This document shows positions 30,847 through 44,759 of a stretch of DNA of 64,000 bases, one piece after another. This DNA comes from Microbotryum violaceum (taxonomy: Eukaryota): the NCBI GenBank assembly GCA_001244265.2, contig CDLV01000014.1:744001-808000 (forward strand), read 5' to 3'. The position numbers and the translations under genes were made by a program. The notes below the pieces were generated by a model. The model ran no database searches, was not told where the DNA came from, and saw nothing but the letters and a program-made list of their open reading frames with translations. Within the stretch, counting starts at the first letter, position 1, and every line of letters begins with the position of its first letter.

Positions 30847-33590
30847 ATGGCCAACATCACGTACGTTCCGTGCTGCGCACGCAGGCATCCGTCCACCTCT
30901 GACCCTGCAACTGACTCATCGCAACCCCTTCTTTTTGCCGTTTGGTCTGGCCTTGCTCGCCTTCGCCGGACGCGCCCGGCCGGTTGTCGTCCTCGAACGA
31001 TCCCCATACGCACCCGTGATACCACAGATATGGCGCGCTCATCAACGCAGCATCGCAGGTCGTGCCGGTCGGAGAAAGCTGTACGTCACGATCTGACCCT
31101 GCGAATCGCTACAAATCGCTGCACCGGCTCGTCCGCGGCGCTTCACCGGCTGATTCGAGACCACTATACGCCTGATTGGGAATCGTTTGGGAACGGTCGT
31201 CTATCGCAGACGGCATCAACGCGGCGGGCACCGATCTGATTGTCACCGGTCCGGAGTATGGCGTGGCAGCCTACTCTTCCGGTACGTTTGCTGCACCACC
31301 TCTCTATTCGAGTCAGACTCATTGTTTCATGCTGATCATTTTCCTGCTTCATTTTCAACCTTCCACAGGAGATATGTACGTGCCGCGGACCAGAGCCGGG
31401 TTTCCGTTGCAATCCCGAGTTACGCTCTGACTGTGAATTATTGTCAAACCTCGCCGGCGGCACGTCTGAATTTAATAGCGCGTGGCTCCTCACGTGTACC
31501 GCTCTTGTGTGGCACGTATTTTGTGGTGTTTGGTGTCCCTGGTGGTCCCTGGTCTGACCCTGCGCGCTTTCTCACGCGGAAATTACCCCAGGTTGATGAT
31601 TCCCGGAGTTGGGTCAGTCGTCGATCGCGGACTCGGACCATGCAGTCTGCAGGGCTACTCAGCGCGCGGCAGCCTCTTCGGCGCGCGTACTGCACTGCTT
31701 AGGTCCGAAGGAATTGCACTACACGGATTCACTGACGTATTTGCCCCACTCGTTCGCAATTACCGACCGACAGCTACCTGTACTCCGGGTACGTCGCTGG
31801 CGTGACCTCGTTCCAGCTATGCCCGGGCTAATCTCCGCTGCCCCGTAATCACCTCTACCGCGATTTGAACAGACTTTGCCGACGAAAAAATGCGTTGACA
31901 GTCCTGAGTTTGACCATGCTTTGTATGGGCATCGTGTCTTTCCAGGTCAGTGTTTTCCTCGTTCGATGCGAAAGACTAGAGCGCCCTGCTGACCCCAAGT
32001 GTTTGCACCTGCTTCTACTCTTGCTCCATATTTGCAGTGGTTCTTCTGGGGTAAATTTGGCGCCTACCCACCTCTTTCGAATTTTTTCTTGCGGCGGTAG
32101 CTGATTTTTACGAACGGATATGCACCAACCAGGTTATTCGCTCGCTTTCTCACCGACGGGAGGTCCTTTCTTGGGTGATCTCCACTTCTTCGTCTTGCGC
32201 AACGTCGCCGAGCAACCGGTGCCGCAAGCCAACAACAAAGTACCGCAAATTGTCTACATGATTTACCAAAACATGTTTGCCGCCCTCGTGCCCGCCGTTT
32301 TCATTGGTGCCGCTGCCGAGCGAGGTCGTGTCTTGCCCGCCTGCATCTTCTTCTTCTGTTGGTCCACGGTCGTCTACTGCCCCGTCGCGCACTGGATCTG
32401 GGCCCCCGAGGGGTGGGCGTTCAAGCTCGGTGTTCTCGATTACGCCGGTGGAGGTCCCATCGAGATCTGCTCGGGTGTTACGGGTCTCGTCTACAGCATC
32501 TTCCTCGGCAAGCGACGTGGTTTCGGCACCCCTCTTTTGGCTTTCAAGCCCCACAACGTCTCGTACGTCATCCAGGGCACCATTTTCCTCTGGGTGGGCT
32601 GGCTTGGTTTCAACGGAGGGTCCACGTTCGCCGCCAACTTCAAGGCCGCGTTCGCGATCGTCAACACCAACTTGGCCGCCAGCTTTGGCGGTCTCGCCTG
32701 GATGCTGAGTAAGTTACCCGTGTCGCACCCCTTCATCCTCGGAGCTCCATTGCGGCTGGAAACTGAACGTTGCCGCGCACTTTCCTTCCGAATCTCTTAG
32801 TCGATTATCGTCTGGAACGAAAGTGGTCTGTTGTTGGATTCTGCACGGGTGCGATTTGCGGTCTCGTTGCCATCACGCCGGCCGCCGGTTACGTTGGTCC
32901 TGCGGCCTCGATCTTCATCGGAGTCATCGCCGCCTCCATTTCCAACTTGTTGACCACCCTCAAAGGTATCTTCAACTTTGACGACGCGATGGATATCTAC
33001 GCTTGCCACGGAGTCGCAGGTATTGTCGGCCTGGTCTTCACCGGTGTTTTCGCGGAACCTTCGTACACGGGCAACGACGGCTACTCGACAGCTTCGGGAT
33101 GGATCAAGCACAATTACATTCAAGTCGGCTACCAGCTCGGCTACATCTGCGCGGTCTGGGGCTACACCTTTGTGGTGTGCTTCGCGCTCATGTTTCTCAT
33201 CAACCTCATCCCCGGCTGCAAGTTCCGCGTGGACGAGAACCAAGAGATCGTTGGAACTGACGACGCCGAGCTTGGAGAATGGGCCTATGACTACGTACGC
33301 TATCTCGAGTCATGATCAATCTTCTGGGTGCTCCTTTCGTTCGGTATGCTGACCTCGTCTCCGCTGCACCCCACCCACAGGTCGTCAAGAGGCGTGACAT
33401 TGAGGCTCCCGACGAACTGCGCGACTACCACAGCCAGTCCATGGTCCAACGCCCGCTCGCCGAGATCGCTCGAGTGAGTGGCAACTCGTCGAGCCTCGAC
33501 ACGGCGATCCCGCCTGCGTCCGAGATGACGGCGTCAAACGCTCTTGAAAAGTCGGCCCCTGCCGGCAAAACCGAGGAAGTAAGGGACTGA
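30847..33590 (+). CDS. Ammonium transporter (Mep/Amt family), about 12 exons
   Basis: Spliced SGDIAWLLTCTALVWLMIPGVGYLYSGL.RRKNAL, FQWFFWGYSLAFS, YQNMFAA, ERGR, DYAGGGP, LWVGWLGFNGGS, GLVAITPAAG, DDAMDIYACHG. Confidence 0.96.
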
Positions 33591-34083
33591 GGCCGCTAGC
33601 TTCCAGTATTTTGTTCGAATAGTGTTGATTTGTGATGTTGTGTAGATGGGGATGGGGATGGACTGGTACGCGGCGGACGTGCTCTCCCGAATCTCGGCAG
33701 GACGAGGCACGATCCTCTTTTGCAGCGTTGCTAGTGCAGTGGTTATCGGTCGTCGTCGGCGCTGAAACTTGTTTCAATTATAAATTGTGATACCCCTGAC
33801 CCAGCCCCTCGATACGAGTCCCTTTCATTCTGAGAGCCATTTGAACAGCATACGCACCACCGTCATTCAGAATTTCACGGTTAAAGCGAGACACTCTGGC
33901 GCTCTTTGGAAGTCTTTGGCAGTCTTTGGCAGTTCTTTGGCGCCGCGAGGACTCGGGAGAGCTCCTGAAGTCGTAGCGCGCGTGCTTTCTTGGCCTTTGA
34001 CCCCCACTCGCAATTCCTGACCAGACCTCCGCGCTTGGCAGCTTCATAGCACCCGAATCGATTTCGATCAACTGGCCAAGATC

Positions 34084-35376
34084 ATGGCTCAGGATTCGCC
34101 CACCGCCTCGACGTCATCTGTAGCAGCCAAAGCTCCCCAACCGTGCGAGGCGCTCCAGAATGGCCGCCGGAAATGGCGTGTGACGGTGCTCATCTCTGGA
34201 TCTGGTCAGTTGGGGATCATTGTAGAACTAGATAGGATCTGGTGTCTGACATTTGCTTACATATTCCACATGTCGACTTGCGCTGGCTCGGAACGTTTGC
34301 ACTTCGCACTTCAACCCCACCGTATCTTACCTTGACGCTCTGTATCGACGGAGCGGCGTATAGGCTCAAACTTGGCAGCCCTGATCGCCGCATTACCTAC
34401 AACACTCTCGCAATGCTGCATCACCTCGGTCTTCAGCAACGCCAAGGATGCCTACGGTCTTCAGCGTGCCGCTTCCCATTCGCCGCCCATTCCGGCCTCG
34501 TCCTTTTCCCCCTACAACCACCAGAAAGCCCACCCCGAGTTGTACTCGTCCATCGAAGCTCAACTCAAGTCGCTGCAGCAGCAATCGCAGGCCGCAAAAG
34601 AAGGATCGAGCGAACGCGCCAAGCTTGATCGTGAATGGAAGGAGCTCAAAAAGACCCTCGCCTCGACGATCAAACCACGTTACCAAATCGAGTTGGCCGA
34701 AAGGGTACGAGCGACTCGGCCGGATTTGATCGTACTAGCTGGGTTTATGTTGATTCTGCTACCCGAGACGCTCGAGACCCTGAAGCGTGATTGGGATGAG
34801 GACGACGTCGAGTGGGACGGAGCGGGTTCGACCGTGACCTTGGGCACATCGGCTTATCCTGATCTGACAGGATTGAGAGGACGTTCTATTCCCATCATCA
34901 ACCTACACCCTGCCCTACCGGGAAGCTTCATCGGGCCCCACGTGATCGAGGATGCGTGGGAAGCTTTCAACCAGCGCCGGTTGCCCGCCAAGGAAGGGGA
35001 CACGCCTGGACCTGTATGGGATCAAGAGAAGGAGAGCAAGCCCTCCCCCTTTGGTGAAAAGATCACCAAGACGGGTATTATGATCCATCGGGTGATCCCC
35101 GAGTTGGATCGAGGCGAACCGGTGCTATGGAAGGAGGTCGAGATGAAGGTCGGGGAGGCGTTGGATGAGCTCAAGGAACGGATACACAAGGTTGAACATG
35201 GCGCGATCGTCGAGGCGGTCAAGCAGGTTACGGAGCAACTTGGGGGTGGGACATGGTGGGAGCGTGAGGGTCATCGAGATCAGGGAACCGAGATGGCAGC
35301 AGACTCGACGAAATCTGCTGCAAAGCCTGACTCTGAAAAGGTGACAGCAACAGATGCTGCTTCTGGGGGGAAATAG
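34084..35376 (+). CDS. ADE8: Phosphoribosylglycinamide (GAR) formyltransferase
   Basis: VTVLISGSG|SNL.ALI, PDLIVLAGFM.IL, IINLHPALPG.F.G, TGIMIHRVIPELDRGEP, RIHKVEH. Confidence 0.92.
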
Positions 35377-35660
35377 ACTGGGGTGACAGGTGTAATCTAA
35401 TCACTTGCGCTTTGTTGCCTCATTGGAAAGCTGTGCTTGATGCCTGTACACCGATCTGCGCAGCTCGGTGCCGAGTTGCATGGTCCGTACGAGTGAGGCT
35501 TCCCCGCTTGGCGTCTTCCTCGGCTTCAGATTGCCTCGGCTGCGCTCTCTTGCGCCCCTCGGCCCCCCTCTCCTCGACTCCCACGCGCTCGCGTCCCCCA
35601 GCTGCTGGTCGCCGTCGCCGCCCATCTAGCCACCTCGACAGCACAGCATCAGCACCAGCC

Positions 35661-38600
35661 ATGTCGGCCGAAGCATTGCCACCTACCCGTAGGTCCCCCT
35701 CCCACGCCCGAGGTGTTCACCCTGCGGAGTCAGGCTGCCGTCGTCTGCCATCGTCCGTGGTGGTGGGGCCGCCGCTGCTGCCGGCTGCTGATGTGATCGA
35801 GGCCGGATGACTGGCCGGTACTGACCGTACTGACCACTGACACTGAACACTGACGCTCATCGGTCTCACTGCTCGCACAGTCGCCCGGTATCGGCCAGCC
35901 CCTAATGAGAAGGAGGCGATGTTGCATCTCTTCAACAGAGGTACGTCTCCTGCACCGTCCGCGCTTGTCGTGTATTGTAATGTGGCTGCCGGTGACTGAT
36001 CCAGCCTCGCCTCGTGTGGTGCTACCAACCCGACACAGCCGACACCGATCAGCTCGGCGTGCTCAGTCAGTCAGCTCCGCTTTCTCGGCGACGAATGCTT
36101 CCCGCCAGCCTACTGATCTTGAACCCGTTCCCCACCTCACAGCCGGAGACAAGGCGGTCCCTTTCTTCCAGCACTCGTCGTTGCCGCCGACCTTGCTTGG
36201 TGAGATCTGGCAACTCGCCGACCCCGAGAACAGCGGATTCCTGTCCCCGGACCGGTTCGCCATCGCCTGTCGCTTGATCGGCCACGCCCAGGCTATCGGA
36301 GCCGATGCTCAGATTGATGATAGCTGGGTGGCCACCCGTGCGTTTGCTTCTCTGCCTTGCCCCCGTTGAACTTGGAATGACTAACGCCTCGTTCTCACCG
36401 GCCGTCCCGTCCCCACCCTGCCTTTCACGACCCCTCCCCATCAGCCGGACCGTTCCCCAAGTTCGACGGTTACCCCATCCCTCCCAACCTCAATAAGCCA
36501 GCGGCACCTGCAGCATCTGCGCCCTCGACACACTCGCGCCCCTCCACTTCGGCGCTCTCCCCACTCCAGGTTCCCAATAAAGCAGGCGGCCCCGGAACGT
36601 CCGTGACGAATGACGAAAAGCTCCGCTACGCCACCTTGTTCAACAACTCGGGACCTGTCGCTGGATTACTCGATGGTACGTTCGCGCGCGATGAATGTTG
36701 TAGGGCCGTGTCGGTTTCACTGACTTGCTCTCCACGGCGCACGTTCAAACAGGCGAGAAAGCTCGTGACATTTTCATCAAGTCCAAGTTGCCTTTCGAGA
36801 CGCTCGGTCAAATTTGGCATGTCGGAAACTCGAGCAGTGGGTTCGACTGGCACACGCTGATTCAGATCCGATCCCAACAGGAACCTCGCCGATACTCACT
36901 CGCGAGGCGCTTTGGACGTGGCCGATTTCACGGTCGGCATGCATCTGATCCAGCATACGATGAATGGGTCTCTGCCGTCACTTCCTGCCGTCCTCAACCC
37001 GGCCCTGTATGCTTCGGCCATCTCGTTGCCTGTGCCCAACACGTCGATGCCCGGATCACCCGCCCTCGGCTCTCGGCTTCCTCAAAGCCCGCTGCGCCAA
37101 AGCAGCGTACCTCCTCGCACCGTCTCCCACTTTGCTCCAACTTCTCCTATCACCCCCACTCATCCGGCCCAGATCCCCTGGGAAATTACTGCGCAGGAAA
37201 AGCTGGAGAGCGACGGATACTTTGACGGTATAGACTCGACTCGACGAGGTGCGATCGAAGGGGAGGCGGCGGTCAACTTCTTCATGCAGAGTGGTCTACC
37301 GATGGACATCCTGGCCCGGGTTTGGGACCTCGCGGATATTCGACAGACGGGTGGTCTCAACAAGGACGAGTTCGCCGTAGCGCTCAAGCTCATTCGCGAT
37401 CGCGTCGGCGGCAAGGAGATCCCTGCGGTCCTCCCCGTCGGCTTGACGCCCCCCAGCCTCCGTGCACCCACTGGCTTCGCCGCTTCCCAAGCCCAACCTC
37501 AGCGGGACTTGCTCGATCTGTTGGATGATGACGCGAGCCCCTCAATGTCGACGGGTCCGCCGCTTCGTTCCACCTCCGCTATCGTCCCGCAAGGCACGGG
37601 TAGCTCGTCCCATCAGCAACAGCAAGCCGGTCGACGTAGTCTCTCACCCCAGCTCACTGGACAACAACAGGCCCGTACCATGTCGCCGCAACTGACTGGA
37701 CAGGCCACGCCGATTTATGGCTTGCAAGGCACGATCTTCCCGCAGACGACTGGTATGGCGTTGAGCCCTCAGGCGACCGGCTTTGCCAACAGTTTCGGGT
37801 CGGGTCAGCAACCGCTACGACAGTCGTCGCTCGCTGATTCCTCTGGCACTGTCATTACTGCTCACACGGCCACAGTTACCAACTTCTTCGACGATAATGA
37901 CGATGCCGACACGCAAGCGCACCTCTCGGCGAACCAGACGCAGCTCAAGTCGCTCGAGGCAGAGCACAAGTCTGCTGCCGAGTCCGCGACTAGCCTTGCG
38001 CAATCCCGCTCCGAACTCGAGGCCTCCCTTTCGGCGACGACGACGCAGATCAACGAGCTGCAAGTCAAGTTGTCGCAAGCTCGCGCTGCGCACGAAACAG
38101 AACGTCAGATGGTCGACGATCTTGTCAAGCGCAATGAAGAACAGAAAGCCGTTCTCGCTCGAGCCCGACACGAACTGATCGCGGCCGAATCCGACCTCTC
38201 GGCATTGCGCATGGAGCGTTCCGAGATCGAGGGTCAGCTTTTGCGCGACAAGGAGGACGTTAGGGCGATGAAGAAGAAGATGGCCGATGTTGGTCACGAG
38301 ACGGCGACATTCAAAGAGACGCTCGAGAAACTCAAGAAGGAAGCGCGTCAGCAAAAGGGGTTCGTCGCCATCTCGCGAAAGCAGTTGAGTACGGCCGAAG
38401 GCGAGAAGGAGAAGGCCGAAACCGAGCTCAAGGCTGCCGAGCGCAGCGTCGCCAACGGCGAAAGCCTTGCTGGGGTCGAAGCCGTGGAGGAGGACTCTCC
38501 TTTCGATCACTCCCACTCTGTCGTAGCACACAACGTCGGTCACGCCGCTGCAGTCGCTTTGCCTGCCTCGCCGCCTGCTGTCGTTTCCCCCGTCGGCTCG

Positions 38601-40508
38601 GTCAGGTCCAACAACCCCTTCGATCGCTGGGGTGGTATTTCTCAAACCGTCACGCCTCAGGCCACCGGAGATGTCACGGCTCCGGCTCCTCACACTAGAG
38701 AGCAACAACCGGCAGCGTCGTCGTCAGCGCCTGGCTTGCCTACCGCAGTGGCTGGAGCAGTGGGTGCTGGGGCCATCGCCGCCGCCGGGGCTGTCGCCGC
38801 TGGAGCTGCTGGTCTCATTGGTTTCGGAAAGAGCGACAAAAGCGAGGCTGAGGACAAGTCATCCGCGCACGCCGACACGTCGGCCGCCGCTCCTATCGAG
38901 CCCTCCGAAACGGACCCGTTCGGAGTTCCGATCGAGCGTGACGCAACCGCAGCGGCCCCGCCAACGTCCAAATCAGCTTTCGACGCCGCTTTCGACGATG
39001 GATTCGGCGACAATTTCACCGTTTCCTCGGCCCCTGTCGTTGCCTCAACCGCTTCGACGCCTGCGTTCGACGACGTATTCAACTCTTCTTTCCCGACCGA
39101 GATTCCGGCTACAGTTCCTCCCGCAGCGGAAGCAGCAGTCACAGCGGAAGCAGTTCCAGACGCTATCGCACCTGTGGCTGCCTTGGATCGGGCAGAATCC
39201 CCCAGTGTCCCCGCGGAGCCTGTCTCGGCGCACGAAGAGACACCCGTAGCTCCTTCCGCCGTTGAAGAGCTCGCCGACGAGGACGACAGCGACAGCAGCG
39301 AGGACGAGCCCGAGATTGAAGACCCCGTGGGAACACATCATCGCTCGGCCTTCGCGGAGGACGAAGCGGTCGTCACTCCGACTTCCGGCAGCGCGCAAAC
39401 AAACTCGGTCTCGGACAGTGGAGAATCATTTGTCCATGTGCCAGCCGCTGTACCAGAGACGGAGCCAATCCAATCCATTGCTGCCCCCGCCCAGGTTGAT
39501 GAGCCCCATGTCGCCAAGACAGAGCCTGCACCTGTGGCCACAGCCGTAGATGCCGAACCCTTCACCTCGACAATGCACGAGGAAAAGATCTCGAGCGATG
39601 ACGATACCTTCGAGGAGGCTTCGCATGGGGATGCCGGACAGACTGAAGCAGCGGCTGCCTCTGAACTGCCCGGAGGATTCCCTACCTCATTAGCAGGGCC
39701 CGAAATTCGGTCAGAACCGGCTACCCCTGTTCTCATGTCTACACCGACGAGCGCAACCCCGCAACGAAGAGCCGCTCCTCCTCCCCCTTCGCGATCAACT
39801 GCCAGCTTTTCGTCGACTGCACCTTCGTTCGGCACAACCACGGCGGATGGAGGTCCTTCGACCTTCTCAAACGCCGACTTTGACGATGCGTTCGGTGACT
39901 CTTTTACCGCTGCGCCTACGACGACGACGACAAGCGGGACCGACGATTTCGACGAAGCCTTTAGTGACCTCGGACCCGCTGCCCCCGTCGAGACGGCATC
40001 GGCTCCATCAGTCCCACCAGTTGCCGCGCCCGCGCATGGCGACTTCGATTTTGATGACGAGGTGTTCGACTTCAAACCCGATTTCCGCGAGACCTCGCCG
40101 TCCAAGTCCGTCGCAGGCACGGATCCCGCTTTCGAAGACTCGTTTGCGAGCTTTGATTCTGCATTCGATGATGCGCCCAAGGCGGGTACGACGACTGGAA
40201 AAGTCTTGAGTGACAGTCCCGCGACTGGGTTTGATTTCGATGATACCTTCTCAGGACGTGCCACGACCGCACCGACTGCTGCGACGCTCGATGCGGCGAA
40301 GCCCGACGACGCGGAGGATGTCAAGCAGATCGTTGGAATGGGGTTCTCGAGGAAGCAGGCTTTGGATGCGCTGGAAAAATTTGACGTGAGTTTCGACCAA
40401 TCTGTTTCCTTGCTTCGGCCTACTTTGATGCTGACTGTCATCCCTTCCCTTTACCCGGGCTTTCAGCATGATGTCAATCGGGCGACGAACTCTCTGCTCG
40501 GCATGTAA
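35661..40508 (+). CDS. EDE1: EH-domain endocytic scaffold (Ede1/Eps15-like) with coiled coil and C-terminal UBA
   Basis: Three EH domains (LGEIWQLAD, LGQIW|NLAD, LARVWDLAD), coiled coil, NPF/DPF motifs, UBA MGFSRKQALDALEK...DVNRATNSLL. Confidence 0.92.
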
Positions 40509-40689
40509 AGTAGAAGGAGAAAAACAGGTTTTTGTTCTCACTCTCCCTTCCCCGCTTTTGGTGTACATGTGTGGTCGTAGCTATTAGAAGAGAAACAAAG
40601 CCTAGGAACATCTCCCCGACGCTGTCTTTGCACCCTCCCAACGACCAAGTTGGCCCAACCTCTCGTTCGTAGGGACCTATCCCCCAATG

Positions 40690-42122
40690 CTAGAGCCCCA
40701 ATTTGGACTTTTGCATACTCAGAACGATACAAAGTCCTGCGACGCTGAGCTCGGAGGCGATGAGGACGCATTGAAAGGTGGAACTGTTCGATTGGACCCA
40801 GGTGGATTGGAGCGCAAGGAGAGGGGTCACGATCAAGAGAGTCATCGTCGCGTATCCGCTCATTCTTGTGGATCGCATATGTGTCGGAACGGATCAGTTG
40901 GATAGGTCCATCGGGAAGAAGAAGGAGTAAAACTTCCAGAAGGAGTAAAACTTCCAGAAGGAGTAAAACTTTCTGCTCACCTGTGATACTTCCACAAGCG
41001 CTTGGCCGTGGCTTCCCCACCGAGCAGCATTCTCGCCACAGGCGAATAAACGACCACCGCTCCAAACAGGATTTGCAACAAGATCAAACAGAGGGTCAGG
41101 AAGCCGAAGCGGGCGTGCCAGGTCGTCGCATGTTCGGCGTTGTGGATCGTCTTGTTGTAGATGATCACGCTGGCACCGGCGAGGACTGGGAATCGGGTGG
41201 AGAAGGTGGTGTTTGAGTTAAGATCCTTCCATGTTCGATGACGCGCGCGGTGGAATGGAATGGTACTAACCGAGGACCAAACCGGAGTATTGGAATAGTT
41301 GATGGAGTTGGAGACCTTTCCGTTTGAACGAGTTGTTGGAAGGCTGCGGCTGCAACAAGAGGACGCCTGTGGAATGGCAAGGGATCCCGGTCGAGCAGTT
41401 CATTTCGACGAGAAAGTAGGTCAGAGGTCGTGAACAGGTCAGAGGTCGTGAACAGGTCAGTTCGTCGGACCATTACAGTGACCAAACACGCCAAGTGTTT
41501 TGTGCGACCCACCTTCGGCAAAGAACAAGATGGCCAAAGATTGCAACGCCGGGTGATAGCTGAACAGGCCTGAGTGTATGCACGCCAGTCGGATCGCCCA
41601 AAAAGGTGTCAGCAAGGCAGAGAGCAAGTGCAAGATGTAAGGTAGGGTCTCTTACCGGCTGGATGCTCGTACAAGAGCAACCATGTCGCGATCGTCGAGC
41701 CCAGCAGTCCAATCTGCGGCTCGATTCAAGCGGGAGGTGATTGGTCAGCCGTCCGCTAGGAGTGCTTGGTCGCCCCCCCCCCCCCACATGGAGGGAGTTT
41801 CGTCGTGCCGTCCTCGGGGTCAGCGCCGCGCGGGCGCGAGGCCGTCAGGTCTATTCACGCGTCATGCACGTCATGACCAACGTCCCAGCGACCCGCGCCC
41901 GAGTTGGTGAGTGCTTACCTGAGCTAAAGGTGCCGCCCATCCCTTCAGCAAACTTTGTTGGAGGTACGATCCAGCCGAAGGCGTAGGCGAGGTGTGGGAC
42001 GACATCCTTTCGGCATCGACGTCGCCAGTGGCAGCAGGAGACGAGGAAGCTGCGTTTGGACCGCGCGGTAACAACGGGTCCACTTCGGCACCGGTCAGAA
42101 CAGGGCGTTGCGCGGTCGTCAT
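40690..42122 (-). CDS. Cytochrome b561-family membrane protein, multi-exon
   Basis: MIIYNK...HATTWHARFGFLTL...LQ...LWKYHR|MSGY pattern with putative heme-ligand histidines. Confidence 0.78.
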
Positions 42123-42578
42123 TGCTTTCTTGCTACTGAAGCCCTCGAGGGTATTCAGGTGCTTTGCAGGTAGGCGGAGAATCTCAAAGGAGATAAACGT
42201 GCACCCAAGAAATGTTCCCGAGAGGGGGGAAGGAGCGCTTACCAGAAAGTTTGACCAGGTTTGACCAGGTTCGACCAGGTTTGACCGGCCGCCAGAATCA
42301 GAAGATCACCGATCGCCGGGGACGACGACGACCAACCTTCGAGATCGAGGCGCCGCTTGCCTTCGCGCGCTCGGGCCGGTCTGTGCTTGGGCATGCGAGA
42401 GGAGACACCGCTTGCGGGGATGCTGCATGGTATTACACGATCACTAAACGAGCGGGGTGAAGATGCAAGAAACCAGAACGTTGGAATCAGAACCAAAAAG
42501 AATTGCTACATGGGGCTAGAAATGGAATGCGAGGAAGGAAAGAAAGTTCCCAGGTCTCCTCCGAAATCAAGACGGACC

Positions 42579-44759
42579 TCACAGCAGAACAGACCACCCG
42601 GCAACCGTAGAAATGAGGACTAAACACGGTGCGAGCCACATCTCCTTGCGTAGCCTCACTGTTTTCATTGATATCGCAGCAGATGTCCCTCCCCGACTGC
42701 TGGTCTGTCCCGCCTGAATGGCGGTGGTGATGACCTGTTCGGCGGGTGGAGCGGTCGGCGACGAACTAGACGACATCGAGGTGCCGCCGACGGGTCCGTA
42801 AATTCCAGCCGGGATCTGGGTCAGGTTGCCGTCACTACGCGTGGAGTTCGAGCTCGAGTTGGAGGACGAAGTAAGCGGCGAGCCATTCGACAGCAGCGCA
42901 AAGCCGACCGAGGGTGGGCTCGCCCGGTAGACGGAGAAGACGTTCTTGAGGAAAGCGGCCCCGATCTGTTCCAGCGTTCATAGAGATCGCAGATCAGTCA
43001 ATGAGTTTCGCTATGAGACACTGGCCCACCACGGCTGACTTACGACCCAGCTGATTTTGCTCGTCGAAGTCAGACTCAGGTCAAAGAACGCGCCCAAGCA
43101 TGTCGAAACGTTGTTGGTCGTGCCGAAAGGCCCGAGGTTGAAGTCGTCCGAGGCGATGGGCCATGAGTTGTTCCCAAAGGTCAGGCTGACATTAATTTTG
43201 CTCGCACAAGGGTACGAATAGTAACCTGCGTTCATCGAAATGGTAATGTGAGCGTTACATCATTCTAGGGCTCAATATCCCTATGCGCGGGTAGCTCACC
43301 TGCGTATTGCCCCGTCGCGGCCTGCGCCCCTGGGATACCGGCGTAGACCTGACTGACGACGCTTTGAGGTCCACCGATCAAGGTCGTTCCCGTATCGATC
43401 GCGACCAGCGGCTGGGCATCCGTCGACAAGGTGACGTTCACCCCGCTGATAGAGACCGCTGCCATCGGGATGACCCAGTAGCTCTGCATGCCCGAGGGGA
43501 TGCTCGTATAATGGATGTCGCCGCGGTACAACGATGTGTTGAGGTATCCAAACGTCAAGAGTCCCCCCGGTTCCACAGTCTTTGCTGAAGAGACGTTGAC
43601 AAAACGGGTGAGCTGTACGGCAAAGCCAGGGAAGGGCAGTACGCCGGCATTGTTGAGATTCTCCCAGAAAGGTGTGGCGCCCGATGCCGCTAGTGGCTGC
43701 CAGCCGAGACCTGTGAGACGTAGGCGCGTGAAGAAGGCTGATCAGCAACACTGCCGAGACTTATTCGGCACTTCCCTGGCTCACCCAGCAAGCCCGACAT
43801 GTTGCCGCTCAAGAGGTCGTTTGTGATTGTGTCGACGACGGCGAACGTCTGATTGCTGACGTTGTATCCCGCGAACCCGACGTTGTCTTTGTGGAGATCG
43901 CCCGCTGCAGACCCAGATCCGTACTTGACGGTAAAAGATGTCGCCATGTCGATCGAGCTAGATGACGCCGTCTCGTTTAGCAGAGGGTTCGAAACGCATC
44001 CGGTGGTTTTGGTGCAGCCGTTGCCCGTGATCCACAAGTCGGCAGATCTGACGAGAGCGATAAACGACGGAAGTCAGCCCCACCCGGAGCGACGTGCCAC
44101 TATGTTCACGCTTACCCTGTGTCAAGGAGAACGTTCATGAACTGCGCGGGCGACCCAATGCCGACTGATGCAAAGTACGCCCTGCGAATAAGTCCGAGGA
44201 CGGCCGGATCAGAACCCTCGAGACGGGCGACGAGTTCTGGGGCCGAGCACGCGAAGACCTACAGATCGGCATCGTAATTCCATATCCGGACCTGCCCAAC
44301 AGGCGCTGTCGGTAACGCAGGGCCCGTTGTACCCGTAGTGCCCGTAGAAGCTCTTCTAGTCACAGTGCCACTGGTCGAGGTCGGTGTTGAACTCATGCTC
44401 GTGGTTGATCCGGCCGTTCCATAGCCAGCGACACTGATCGGCGAATCGAGCCTCGCATGAAGACCGCGGCTGTGCTCGTCCTGCCTCTTCACGCGTTTCG
44501 GATCGAGGACAGGGCGGTCACCGTAGCGATTCCGTACGCGTGCTGCCTCGGCTAACGCCCATGTCCTGGTCGAGTCGGCCGTGGACCGTTTCCGAAGGCC
44601 GGAGCTGCGGCGATGCAGAGGGAGGGCCGGAGGAAGGTCCCGCTGCGCTATCGCATCGACGGACGGCGACGGTGGAGATGGAGACGCTTGGGACGGAGGA
44701 CAACAGAGTACAGCTAGCAATAGAAGCAGCGGCACCGGTACAAACGCCCGGGACAGCAT
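42579..44759 (-). CDS. Secreted, probably GPI-anchored A1 (pepsin-like) aspartic protease
   Basis: Signal peptide MLSRAFVPVPLLLLLAVL, LLDTG|SADLW, YGSG, IDTGTTLIGGP, IGAAFLKNVFSVY, Ser-rich stalk and hydrophobic C-terminus. Confidence 0.92.

Noticed and set aside
31079..31080. 2-nt micro-exon in the ammonium transporter
   Set aside because: A 53-nt exon (31028-31080) with a CAG acceptor restores the same frame more plausibly.
37815..40441. Long antisense ORFs (297 and 367 aa) over EDE1, and similar shadows over MCM4 and copia
   Set aside because: Expected antisense shadows of GC-rich coding DNA; no recognisable motifs.
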